Source: an uncultured Candidatus Saccharibacteria bacterium (GTDB lineage: Bacteria > Patescibacteriota > Minisyncoccia > Ryanbacterales > 2-02-FULL-48-12). Taken from it: 45,309 nucleotides of DNA. The DNA lies in NCBI GenBank assembly GCA_964349275.1, contig CAYGFT010000001.1, positions 20,795 through 66,103 of the forward strand. The letters are read 5' to 3'. Made by a program: the position numbers and the translations under genes. The notes under the pieces were generated by a model. That model searched no databases. It saw only the letters and a program-made list of their open reading frames with translations, and was not told the origin of the DNA. This document shows positions 26,643 to 35,848 of this stretch, piece by piece (position 1 is the first letter of the stretch; each line of letters begins with the position of its first letter).

Positions 26643-27539
26643 ATGAAAGTGAGTGTAGTGTTGCCCACGTACAATCGCGCCCAGAGCATACGCTCTGCAA
26701 TCGATTCGGTTCTTGCACAGACATATCGTGATTTTGAGTTGATTATTGTGGACGACGGGTCGACCGACTCCACGAGGGAGCTCGTGGAGCAATATTCTGA
26801 TAAAAGGATACGATATATACGACATGAAAAAAACCGTGGTCTTGCCGCAGGGCGTAATACAGGCGCGCGCGATGCCCGCGGTATCTTTATAGCAAATCAG
26901 GATTCTGATGACATTTGGATGCCGGAAAAATTGCAACGCGAAGTCCACGCGCTTGAGTCTGCCTATCCACGTGTTGGCGTTGCGTATTCTCGACTTGAAA
27001 AAGTTTTTTCCGAAGGGGCAGGTCCGGTGTATATTCCCGCATCGAATGCCGCTGTAGCGAATGGCAATTTACATCGAAAACTGCTTGAAGGAAATTTTAT
27101 CACGATGCAGGTGGCACTTATGAGGAAAGAGTGTTTTGAAAAAGTCGGTGGGTTCGATGAGTCGTTGTCAGCTTTTCAAGATTGGGATTTTTGGTTGCGT
27201 GTCTCGAATGCATATGAGTTTGTGTATGTTCCTGAAGTCGGCGTGCGGGCCAGGGTTTCTTTGGACAGTATCACGAAGAATAAAGCGAAGCGTCTCATCG
27301 CGCGCACAGCTATTTTTAGAAAATATCAGGAGGAATTTTCCCAGTATCCTGCAGTTTACGCAACACATGCTTTCTCAATAGGGAACGCCTATGCGCTTCG
27401 AAAGGAGTGGAGGAAGGCCCGTGTCTATCTTCGGCAAGCGGCAGTGTATGCTCCAACTTTGCGGCATGTGGGGGCCTTCATGCTTGCGCTCATAGGATCC
27501 CAAAAGCTGTATCGGCGCATTGCGCGAGTGGTTTCGTAG
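26643..27539 (+). CDS. GT2 glycosyltransferase
   Basis: VSVVLPTYNRAQSI, LIIVDDGSTDST, NQDSDD, QDWDFWLR. I preferred the ATG at 26643; the tracked start is 26604. Confidence 0.8.
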   Translation: MKVSVVLPTYNRAQSIRSAIDSVLAQTYRDFELIIVDDGSTDSTRELVEQYSDKRIRYIRHEKNRGLAAGRNTGARDARGIFIANQDSDDIWMPEKLQREVHALESAYPRVGVAYSRLEKVFSEGAGPVYIPASNAAVANGNLHRKLLEGNFITMQVALMRKECFEKVGGFDESLSAFQDWDFWLRVSNAYEFVYVPEVGVRARVSLDSITKNKAKRLIARTAIFRKYQEEFSQYPAVYATHAFSIGNAYALRKEWRKARVYLRQAAVYAPTLRHVGAFMLALIGSQKLYRRIARVVS

Positions 27540-27543
27540 AATT

Positions 27544-28131
27544 TTATTTTCTAACAACTATCCAGGTAGCAAGAGGATAGGCGGCATCATTTTTTTGTGA
27601 AAGATAGTGTGCCAGGCTTAGCTTCCTTTTGGGAACTTCCCAATCCCGTGCACGGTCATAGAGGAAAAAAAGGATATGTATCCAGCGATTTCCCCATCCT
27701 TCGCATTGGATGACTTCACTAAAATTACGACAAAGATAACGCAAAGCGTCCGGGGAGAAACGCCACATGTCTTTAGGTCCGTAATGTTTCGGATGGATGA
27801 AAACAGTCGCGGCGATAAGTGTACCGCCCGGGCGCAACACGCGGTGTGCTTCATCGATTGCTTGCTGTGGGTCTCCCTCAATATGTTCGAGTACCTGGTC
27901 GCAGATAACGTAGTCAAATGAATTGTCGGCATATGGAAGCTCGAGCATCGTAACATTGGGGTAATCGGCTTCGGTAATACGTGCGGTATCTGCGAGTATC
28001 TTTTGCGGCGGCTGGTAGTGGGGCGATCCTCTCCAGTATTTAAGACCGCTTACACCAAGAATATCTCCTGAGAGCGGTAGTGAAAGTGCGGAGAATATCC
28101 GCGTATAGAGCGTGTGTCGTGTGAGTCTCAT
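27544..28131 (-). CDS. Class I SAM-dependent methyltransferase (Methyltransf_11-like)
   Basis: GDILGVSG, VICDQVLEHI, VLRPGGTLI. It lies 3 nt downstream of the DUF4956 gene. Confidence 0.75.
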   Translation of the reverse strand: MRLTRHTLYTRIFSALSLPLSGDILGVSGLKYWRGSPHYQPPQKILADTARITEADYPNVTMLELPYADNSFDYVICDQVLEHIEGDPQQAIDEAHRVLRPGGTLIAATVFIHPKHYGPKDMWRFSPDALRYLCRNFSEVIQCEGWGNRWIHILFFLYDRARDWEVPKRKLSLAHYLSQKNDAAYPLATWIVVRK

Positions 28132-28134
28132 TGT

Positions 28135-28794
28135 TTAGTACTCAAGAACCTCTTGTTTGTTCATAAACTCTATTCGTTCGACTCCAGGTATGCTCCCCAA
28201 ATCTTGCATGGCCTGCTCCGCGGCATCGCGCGAGCTATTTTGTAGACTGATTACATATTTGTAAAGTCCATTTTTGAGGAGGGAGGAGGATCGCAGGATA
28301 TATGAGTGGTCGAGAGCAGCTTTATCTTTAAAGGAAAGCGCTGAAGTCGCATAGAGCACGAGTATGTGCTCCCGGATATTGCGCCGGTAGAACCCTCCGT
28401 AGTTAAAAATGAGAATAAGAGACGAGATGGTAAGGGTCACGGTAATGGCGGGAATGTACATACTACGTCCTACGGTAACGCCTATCAGAAGCGCAAATAA
28501 TAAGAATATTGTGTCGCGCGTTTCTTTGATAACCGATCGGAATCTAATCAGGGTAAATATGATAAAGAAGGCAAATGCGCCGAAGATATTTTGAGTTACT
28601 ACCATTACGATAGCGCATGACATGGTGCCTATCAGCGCCATAGAGTATAGAGAAGATTGTGCATAGGAAAGGGTGTTGTGTGTTTTCTGGTATACCCAGG
28701 AGGTAAACAAAAGGAGTCCTGCCGCGATACAGATATTCATGACGACAAGGCCGGCATTTACTTCAGTCTCTGCAAGAATAAAAAAGTTTTCCAT
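28135..28794 (-). CDS. DUF4956-family membrane protein (second copy)
   Basis: LIRFRSVIKETRDTIFLLFAL. It has the same TM architecture and the same C-terminal ...EY ending as 12138..12815. Confidence 0.75.
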   Translation of the reverse strand: MENFFILAETEVNAGLVVMNICIAAGLLLFTSWVYQKTHNTLSYAQSSLYSMALIGTMSCAIVMVVTQNIFGAFAFFIIFTLIRFRSVIKETRDTIFLLFALLIGVTVGRSMYIPAITVTLTISSLILIFNYGGFYRRNIREHILVLYATSALSFKDKAALDHSYILRSSSLLKNGLYKYVISLQNSSRDAAEQAMQDLGSIPGVERIEFMNKQEVLEY

Positions 28795-28799
28795 AGAAT

Positions 28800-30155
28800 T
28801 TAATTTGCAAGATCGTGTAGTGGGTATGTTTCTTCCGCGAATGTATAGCGGAACCCGTTTTCTTCGCGTAACATTTTTTGGAGAGTCATGTAGGTATGTA
28901 TGTAGTTTGCACGGTCTCTTTGAATTTGTTGCATAGCTTCAAGAGAAGTCTGGATCTTACTGGTATCAGAGAAGATATCAAGTCGGAGTTCATTTTTTTT
29001 CGTGTCATAAAAGGTCAGATCATCTTGCAGGTTTTGTGTATCACGTATGTATTGAGTGAGCAGGGAATCAAAAGTTTGCCGGAATTCTTTGTGTTGGAGT
29101 ATGCGGTTGACTACACGATGATTACGCACGTCAATGACTTCCCCGAGGGGACTTATGGTCGCATCAAAGAGGATTGGTTCGAATTTCTTCGTTTCTGGAT
29201 TGAAGTAAAAATTCATATTTGCGATATTGCCTTGATGGAAGTTGCCAGAGAGGACGGTAGCGACGGTCCATCGATAGAATGTATCCATGTCGAGTATCTG
29301 CGGAATCTCACGAGCGAACTCTTCGTCTGGTGTCTCCGAGACCACGTGAAGTAGTTGTGCAAGTTCTGGATATGATGTCGCAGGTACGGCAGGATCGCTT
29401 CTATTGTACCACTGCGATATCTGATCACTGCGCCATAGATCGGTTATATTTGTTTCTATATTTTTGTTGCTAAATATATTTCCTGCAAGTTTTTCGTAGC
29501 GATCAAGAAGAGATGGTTCCCATCCTTCTATAAGAAGGTACACGCCGACTTCTTTGCCATTTATTGCGAGCCGTGCCGGCGTAACTGCAGGTGTCATGAT
29601 ACGAAGTTTTTGAGAAATATGATTCCAAAGCATTGCATTCACCCAGCCTTTGTCTTCACTGAGAAAAAAACGGTAGGTGGTGCGCCCCTGGAGGGGTTGT
29701 GCGGGGGGGAGATTTATCTGGACGGATTTTTTGATCGCGTTCCAGTGATTTGGCGATACACCCCGAAAACGGATTTCTGCCTGGTCACTATAATACGATT
29801 CATATGCGAATGACCCTCTGGTGCTGTACTTGTCATCTTCGAGTAATTTGTACTCCCGTGGGTAGTCCGGTAAATTTGCTATGAGTTCGATAAAGTCGGT
29901 GTTGCTGATGGTGACTGCGTAGTGGGGGAGTGAGGACACATGGGACGTTGAGCGGAGGAGATATGGCACATCAAGTATTTTTTTGATCGAACGCCATGTG
30001 GGCGAGAAATGTCGGATAATAGGGTTGGGGTTGGAAGACAGGTTGTCGAGGCGGCGTGTTATATTGGATCCGGATGAGACGAAATGCCACAGGAATGCGT
30101 ATCCTGCAAGAATTGCGAGAGATATAATGATACCGCTGCGGACTATGATTTTCAT
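28800..30155 (-). CDS. CotH-family kinase-like protein with an N-terminal membrane anchor (second copy, no beta-helix domain)
   Basis: TM segment IIISLAILAGYAFLW. AEIRFRGVSPNHWNAIKKSVQINL parallels the first CotH. I chose the ATG at 30155; the tracked start is 30182. Confidence 0.8.
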   Translation of the reverse strand: MKIIVRSGIIISLAILAGYAFLWHFVSSGSNITRRLDNLSSNPNPIIRHFSPTWRSIKKILDVPYLLRSTSHVSSLPHYAVTISNTDFIELIANLPDYPREYKLLEDDKYSTRGSFAYESYYSDQAEIRFRGVSPNHWNAIKKSVQINLPPAQPLQGRTTYRFFLSEDKGWVNAMLWNHISQKLRIMTPAVTPARLAINGKEVGVYLLIEGWEPSLLDRYEKLAGNIFSNKNIETNITDLWRSDQISQWYNRSDPAVPATSYPELAQLLHVVSETPDEEFAREIPQILDMDTFYRWTVATVLSGNFHQGNIANMNFYFNPETKKFEPILFDATISPLGEVIDVRNHRVVNRILQHKEFRQTFDSLLTQYIRDTQNLQDDLTFYDTKKNELRLDIFSDTSKIQTSLEAMQQIQRDRANYIHTYMTLQKMLREENGFRYTFAEETYPLHDLAN

Positions 30156-30185
30156 CGAAATTATACTAACATAAGACCACAATTC

Positions 30186-31490
30186 TTAGAAACGGGCATA
30201 CATATAGAGGAGAGATTGTACTATATTGTTGATGAGCCTTCCGAGGAGTTTTCCTATTACTGCCCCCCAAAGTCCGTAGAGCGGTATGAGTATGACAAAC
30301 GCGAGGATTTGTATGAGTGGAGGGCAAAGCTCGTATATATAAACGCTCTTGATATGTCCCTCGGCTTTTATCGCCGTCCCGAAGATGCCCAGAGGAAAGA
30401 ATACAAGAGAGAGTGCTAGTATTTGCGAAAATGGTATTGCTGCAACGTAGCGCGGAAAGAACGTGGAGAAAAAAAATGGTGCAAGGGCTATGTAGGTAAG
30501 CATGAGTGCAAGGGTGGGCAGTATGGCTTTGGCAAGTTTTTTGGGTAGAGTGGCGCGCATTTGTGCCGTACCTTCATGAGTGACCGTGCGTTCTGAAAGA
30601 TGCGGAAGTGCAATGTCGGCAATATTGCCCAGAAGATTTTTCATCTGCTCGGTGGGGGCAAGCGCGAATGAATAGAGGGCAAGTTGTGCGGGGCCGAGGT
30701 AGGTATACAGGAGTACGCTATCAATATAATTTGCGATGGTAGCCGGTATTTTAATGAGACTCAAATGCAATCCGTACCGTATCGCTCCAGGCTCTTGCGT
30801 TGTTCGGACGCGCGCTATGGAGGATAGTATTTGCCGCGAAAAGAGCAGATTGGGGATGGCATTTCCCAGAAGTGTTGCCGCCAGAAACAGGCCAAGTGCG
30901 GGTGCAAGAGAGAGTTTCTCCAGGGTGATGATTGCGATAGCGGAGGCGACGAGTGCCGCATAAAAAATTTGTATGCCGACGTTGCGCAGAGCCTTTGTGC
31001 GAAAATCTTTTTTGCCGTCCAGATAGGGCCGCCAGCCACCAAGACCTTCAACCGCCGGACTTATGAGCGCTGAAATCAAAAATGCTCCTCCGAGGGCAGT
31101 ATCGCCTTGCCAAAAAAACCATACGGAAGCGATTCCCGATGCGACCCCGATGCCGCAGGATGAAAAAAATATAATTTTTATGCCGCGCGCTGCCGTTCCA
31201 TCAAACCCGCGGGCGACTGCGCGCGTGATGATAGACCCGAGGTCGGAGAGCGAAAACAGAGCAAGCATGCCTAAAACGGAGGCGACGTAGCGATAGCTTC
31301 CGTAGAGCTCTTTCGAGAGGTAACGAGCATATAGTATGGAGAGAAGAAATGCTATGGCTGCGGTTCCTATTTTGCCGAGAGAAGACCATGCTCCCTGTTT
31401 GGCGAATCCACGCACGTCGGTTTTGAAAAACTTTTCCAGAGCGGTAAGCGTTTTTTCTACATAGTAGGTTGTGCGTGTCATGGTATGCAT
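30186..31490 (-). CDS. Wzx-like oligosaccharide/polysaccharide flippase (MOP superfamily)
   Basis: 434 aa with ~12 TM segments. The N-terminal region GAWSSLGKIGTAAIAFLLSILYARYLSKELYGSYRYV is typical of polysaccharide biosynthesis (Wzx) proteins. Confidence 0.7.
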   Translation of the reverse strand: MHTMTRTTYYVEKTLTALEKFFKTDVRGFAKQGAWSSLGKIGTAAIAFLLSILYARYLSKELYGSYRYVASVLGMLALFSLSDLGSIITRAVARGFDGTAARGIKIIFFSSCGIGVASGIASVWFFWQGDTALGGAFLISALISPAVEGLGGWRPYLDGKKDFRTKALRNVGIQIFYAALVASAIAIITLEKLSLAPALGLFLAATLLGNAIPNLLFSRQILSSIARVRTTQEPGAIRYGLHLSLIKIPATIANYIDSVLLYTYLGPAQLALYSFALAPTEQMKNLLGNIADIALPHLSERTVTHEGTAQMRATLPKKLAKAILPTLALMLTYIALAPFFFSTFFPRYVAAIPFSQILALSLVFFPLGIFGTAIKAEGHIKSVYIYELCPPLIQILAFVILIPLYGLWGAVIGKLLGRLINNIVQSLLYMYARF

Positions 31491-31555
31491 ATAGTATCAA
31501 GAAAATGATTCATCGGCGATGTCGGACTGATGTTCGGTAAGTGGTTATTGTGGTA

Positions 31556-31561
31556 TATAAT
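31556..31561 (+). promoter_or_regulatory. -10-like TATAAT box 8 nt upstream of the asnB ATG
   Basis: A perfect TATAAT at 31556-31561, with the ATG at 31570 and no Shine-Dalgarno sequence between them. The -35 region is poor (TTCGGT). Confidence 0.25.
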
Positions 31562-31569
31562 GAAGATAT

Positions 31570-33465
31570 ATGTGTGGTATAGCAGGATTTGTAGGAGAAG
31601 GTTCACGTGGCGTACTTGAGAAGATGACTCGCTCGCTGAATCATCGAGGTCCCGATGGCGAGGGGTACTTTTTTCATCCGCTCGCCGCGGGCTCGTATGC
31701 ACGCGCTACCGCTCTCGGGCATAGACGTCTCTCTGTCATAGATGTTGTTGGAGGAGCGCAACCCATGCAAAATGAGGACGGCTCGATCATAGTCATTTTC
31801 AATGGTGAAATCTACAATTATCGTGAGCTACGAGCCTCGTTAGAGCCCAAGCACACCTTTACAACGCACTCCGACACAGAAGTGTTAGCACATCTGTATG
31901 AGGAAAGAGGTGCAGAATTTGTACGCGAGCTCGAGGGTATGTTTGCGATAGCATTATGGGATTCTCCCAAAGAGTCATTAGTACTTGCGCGAGATCGCTT
32001 CGGAGAAAAGCCCCTTTATTTTTCCCCAGCGCCTAATGCATTTTTGTTTGGTTCAGAGTTAAAAGCGCTTATGGCACATCCAGAGTTTCGGCGTGAGCTT
32101 GACTTGGAGGCGTTGCGCTCCTATTTTATGTACGAGTTTGTGCCTGCACCGCGCACGATCTTTAAAAATGTCTATAAGCTCCAGGCAGGTCATTATCTGG
32201 TATTTTGTGATGGTAGGTACGATGTGCATCGCTATTGGGATATAGCAGAGCGTGCCGCGCAACTACGCCCGGCGAATGTCACACTTGGTGTACGTGAGGC
32301 GCAAGAGATGTTGGATGAAAAATTATCGCATGCGGTCTCAAAAATGTTGGTTGCGGATGTGCCACTCGGCATTTTTCTCTCTGGCGGTATAGACTCTTCG
32401 ACGGTGGCGTATTATGCAGGCCAGCACGCATCCGGCCGGATCAAGACATTTTCTGTAGGCTTTGAGGATCAGTCCTTTGATGAATCGGCTTATGCATGCG
32501 AAGTTGCCAAACGCCTAGGTACGGATCACCAGGTGCAGAAATACTCAAGTGCCGATCTTGTCAAAGTCATCCCTACCATATATGAAAATCTTGATGAGCC
32601 TATGGCCGATCCCTCGTTGGTGCCTACATATATGCTTGCTCAGTATACTCGCCAGCAGGTGACGGTTGCTCTCGGCGGGGATGGATCGGACGAGCTTTTG
32701 ATGGGATACCAAACCTTCCCGGCTGAAAAATTAAGTCAGCTCTATCTGCGTTTGCCCAGAAGCTTGCGTGAATCTGTCATAAAGCCGCTGATCCATAAGC
32801 TACCGACATCATTTTCATACATGAGTCTTGATTTTAAGCTGAAGCGTTTTGTGGATGCGGGAGACCATCCGGTGGCGATAAAGAATCAGCTTTGGATAGG
32901 GGCATTTTCTCCATCTGAACTTGTGCGGTTGTTTGCTCAAAATATTTCCGGATCACTATTCTCCGATATTGAAAAACATGAGTCGGTGCTCCGTACGCTT
33001 GATCCGCATCATCAAATGAGCTATCTCTATCTAACTCATTTTTTGCAGGACGGTATTTTGACTAAGGTTGACCGGGCAAGTATGATGCATGCGCTTGAAG
33101 TCCGTGCGCCGTTTTTGGATTCGGATCTTGCTTCCTGGATTTTTTCTTTGCCGGAGCAGTACAAACTTCGGGGTATTACCACGAAGTATCTCCTGAAGCG
33201 TCTTATGGCGCCGCGTCTAGGTCGCGACATTGCGTATCGTGCCAAACAGGGTTTCCAGCCCCCGGTGGCCTCATGGCTTAAAGAGGATCTGGCGCATCTG
33301 GTTGATAAATATCTTTCGCTGGAGCGGATTACCGCAGAGGGTCTTTTTCATGCTCCGTATGTTCGTATATTGGTGGATGAGCATCAGAGTGGAAAAGTCG
33401 ACCATCGGAAAAAGCTGTGGGCGCTACTGGTATTCGAAATGTGGAGGGAGCACTATCTTTCCTAG
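31570..33465 (+). CDS. asnB: Asparagine synthase (glutamine-hydrolysing)-type amidotransferase
   Basis: N-terminal MCGIAGFVG (the Ntn catalytic Cys2) and the SGGIDSS PP-loop (FLSGGIDSSTVA). 631 aa. Confidence 0.9.
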   Translation: MCGIAGFVGEGSRGVLEKMTRSLNHRGPDGEGYFFHPLAAGSYARATALGHRRLSVIDVVGGAQPMQNEDGSIIVIFNGEIYNYRELRASLEPKHTFTTHSDTEVLAHLYEERGAEFVRELEGMFAIALWDSPKESLVLARDRFGEKPLYFSPAPNAFLFGSELKALMAHPEFRRELDLEALRSYFMYEFVPAPRTIFKNVYKLQAGHYLVFCDGRYDVHRYWDIAERAAQLRPANVTLGVREAQEMLDEKLSHAVSKMLVADVPLGIFLSGGIDSSTVAYYAGQHASGRIKTFSVGFEDQSFDESAYACEVAKRLGTDHQVQKYSSADLVKVIPTIYENLDEPMADPSLVPTYMLAQYTRQQVTVALGGDGSDELLMGYQTFPAEKLSQLYLRLPRSLRESVIKPLIHKLPTSFSYMSLDFKLKRFVDAGDHPVAIKNQLWIGAFSPSELVRLFAQNISGSLFSDIEKHESVLRTLDPHHQMSYLYLTHFLQDGILTKVDRASMMHALEVRAPFLDSDLASWIFSLPEQYKLRGITTKYLLKRLMAPRLGRDIAYRAKQGFQPPVASWLKEDLAHLVDKYLSLERITAEGLFHAPYVRILVDEHQSGKVDHRKKLWALLVFEMWREHYLS

Positions 33466-33472
33466 GGTTTGG

Positions 33473-34900
33473 GTGGGTATCAACTACGTACTGTCCGCTA
33501 AACATTTTTCTGCAGTGTATATTCCAACAAAGCAAACCTATCTATTTCTGTTTGGCATCGCGTTACTTGGTGTAGTCTTCTCGCTCCTGTTTGGCGTTGT
33601 AACGGGGAATATCTACAAGACAGAGTTTGGCGATTACGCTGATGATGCCGAATCTTACAATCGCATGGCGCTCAACCTGCTTGATCGAGGGAGTTTTGCG
33701 GATGCCGAGGGGACCTACTATTATTTTGTACGCCGATCTCCGGGGTATCCGCTCCTCCTGGCTGGTGCGTATGCGGTTGCCAGATCTCCTATTTCTGCCT
33801 GGGTTCTAAATGGTATTTTTTTTGCAGTCTTGGTGTTCCTTATCTATGGTATTAGTCGTATAGCTCTCGGCGGTCAGTGGCTATTCATCCCCGCATTTCT
33901 ATTTTCTATCGGCTGGTTTACGGCTACATTTGTGGTACGCGTAGGATCCGATATCCCTGGCACGTTTCTCGCGCTTTTGTTTCTTTGGTCATTTTTTCGG
34001 CATATGCAACTACCTGCGGATATCCGGTTTCTTCTCCTCTCGGGGGTTTCCCTTGGCGCTTTTGCTTTGGTGCGTCCGGGCGGACTCTATTTTATTCCGG
34101 TGGCGTTCGTATTTCTTCTCTTCTCGAAAAAACAGCAATGGATTACGGTCTGTGTACGGGCGGCGTGCTTTGTCGTTGCGGCTCTGCTTGTTGTTGCGCC
34201 GTGGATGTGGTGGAGCTATAAAATATTCGGCACGCCACAGCTTGCAAGTGCAGGATATATGCTTGCGTGGCGGTCTCAAGAAGCAATTGCGCCACCTGCG
34301 CGTCTTACCGCGTCCGGTATCGCCGCTATCTTTGGGGATGTGGTTGCGGATTACCTATTTCCTGGATATGCGGATGCACCGGACCCCTATGTACACGTGG
34401 AAGATGTATTCCGGCGCAGGGTTGCGATGAAAGTATCGGGGATCCCGGATATCGAGGTTGAGGCTATTTTTTACCGTGAAGGGATAGAGAATATGAAAAA
34501 TCATCCGTACACTTTTTTACTTACAGGGATTTTTAACCTATTCCGATTGCATACGCCCCCAAATCTGGAGGGTATCTCGATGTTCCATTTTCTTGCAGAA
34601 AGCAATCATGCGGCATGGCTCCGTTTGTCTCTCAATCTGGTACTTCGAACGGTATGGTACGCTTTCCTTTTTATTGCCGTTTGGGGTGCAGTTCGCTATA
34701 GTAAAAGCGAGAATGCGTCATGGCGGATTTGGGGGATGCCAGCACTTTTCGCTCTTTATACGGTTGTCCTCCAGGCGCTATTTACCAATCCGGAATTTCG
34801 CTATATGTTGCCGCTCTCGCCGCTGTATCTGATAGGTTTTGTACTTGGAATCAAGGCCATTATTGAAAGGTTTTTTATCCCCCCCCAACCAACAACCTAA
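33473..34900 (+). CDS. Polytopic GT-C/ArnT-like membrane glycosyltransferase
   Basis: First loop GDYADDAESYNRMALNLLDRGSF, followed by many TM segments. There is no in-frame ATG after the asnB stop until well inside the protein, so I propose the GTG at 33473. The start is uncertain. Confidence 0.65.
   Translation: MGINYVLSAKHFSAVYIPTKQTYLFLFGIALLGVVFSLLFGVVTGNIYKTEFGDYADDAESYNRMALNLLDRGSFADAEGTYYYFVRRSPGYPLLLAGAYAVARSPISAWVLNGIFFAVLVFLIYGISRIALGGQWLFIPAFLFSIGWFTATFVVRVGSDIPGTFLALLFLWSFFRHMQLPADIRFLLLSGVSLGAFALVRPGGLYFIPVAFVFLLFSKKQQWITVCVRAACFVVAALLVVAPWMWWSYKIFGTPQLASAGYMLAWRSQEAIAPPARLTASGIAAIFGDVVADYLFPGYADAPDPYVHVEDVFRRRVAMKVSGIPDIEVEAIFYREGIENMKNHPYTFLLTGIFNLFRLHTPPNLEGISMFHFLAESNHAAWLRLSLNLVLRTVWYAFLFIAVWGAVRYSKSENASWRIWGMPALFALYTVVLQALFTNPEFRYMLPLSPLYLIGFVLGIKAIIERFFIPPQPTT
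34879..34886 (+). repeat. C8 homopolymer at the junction of the GT-C and GT2 genes
   Basis: Counted directly: ttt ttt atc ccc ccc caa. It lies 12 nt before the GT-C stop and 25 nt before the GT2 ATG. Confidence 0.9.
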
Positions 34901-34910
34901 TATTCACCAG

Positions 34911-35846
34911 ATGAAATCCCAGCTTGTTTCGATTGTTGTTCCCGTTTACAACGAAGAAGAAAATATTTCTGAGATGCTCCGAAGGCTTGATGTTGTTTTT
35001 GCGCCGCTGGAGGGTATTGAGCATGAGATAATTTTTGTTGACGATGCAAGTATTGATCGCACACTGCAGATCCTTCGTGAGGCTGCAGGTTTCCATAAGC
35101 ATATAAAGGTAGTCCGGTTCTCACGGAACTTCGGTCATCAAAGTGCGGTGACTGCAGGACTTGAGTGTGCAAAGGGTGATGCGGTAGTGGTGATTGACGG
35201 CGATTTGCAGGATCCGCCCGAGGTTGTTTCCGCATTTATTCACAAATGGCGCGAAGGGTATGATGTGGTATACGGCATCCGCAAGAAGCGGAAAGAGTGG
35301 TGGGGTAAGCGTTTAGCGTACTACGCATTTTATCGTCTAATGCGTGCAAGCGCACAAGGAGTAGAGATGCCGGTGGATGCGGGGGATTTTAGTTTGATTT
35401 CTCGGCGTGTGCTCGATGTAATCAAATCCCTACCGGAGCGCAACCGATTTATTCGGGGGTTGCGTGCTTGGGTCGGATTTCGCCAGATGGGTATCCCTTA
35501 TGAGCGTCATGAACGCTATGCAGGCAAGCCAAAGTATACCTTTGTACGCCTGGTGCGTCTTGCCTATGACGGTCTGTTTTCGTTCTCCTCGGTACCACTG
35601 CATATGATTACATTTTTGGGTGCAGTGGTATCGGCAACCTCTTTTTTTGCTATTCTTGTTGTCCTGTATTTCCGTCTATTCACCGATCTTTCTATCCCCG
35701 GGTTTGCTTCGTTGGCGACGATTACATTGTTCCTCGGCGGCATTCAACTCCTCTCTATCGGGGTTATTGGTGAATATGTAGGACGGGTATATGACGAGAC
35801 CAAGCGCCGACCCAATTATGTTATCGAGGAAAAAATAGGTCTGTAG
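34911..35846 (+). CDS. Polyprenyl-phosphate glycosyltransferase, GT2 ArnC/GtrB-like with two C-terminal TM helices
   Basis: VSIVVPVYNEEENI, IIFVDDASIDRT, VVIDGDLQDPPE. The C-terminal hydrophobic pair is FLGAVVSATSFFAILVVLYF and LATITLFLGGIQLLSIGVIGEY. Confidence 0.85.
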   Translation: MKSQLVSIVVPVYNEEENISEMLRRLDVVFAPLEGIEHEIIFVDDASIDRTLQILREAAGFHKHIKVVRFSRNFGHQSAVTAGLECAKGDAVVVIDGDLQDPPEVVSAFIHKWREGYDVVYGIRKKRKEWWGKRLAYYAFYRLMRASAQGVEMPVDAGDFSLISRRVLDVIKSLPERNRFIRGLRAWVGFRQMGIPYERHERYAGKPKYTFVRLVRLAYDGLFSFSSVPLHMITFLGAVVSATSFFAILVVLYFRLFTDLSIPGFASLATITLFLGGIQLLSIGVIGEYVGRVYDETKRRPNYVIEEKIGL

Positions 35847-35848
35847 CT

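Noticed and set aside
28878-29354. 158-aa + strand ORF. The same applies to 9622..10110 (-), 162 aa.
   Set aside because: They are antisense to the CotH gene and the deacetylase gene respectively, and have no recognisable motifs.
33230-33472. N-terminal extension of tracked ORF 33230..34900
   Set aside because: It overlaps the conserved C-terminus of asnB in another frame. The GT-C protein more plausibly starts at GTG 33473, after the asnB stop.
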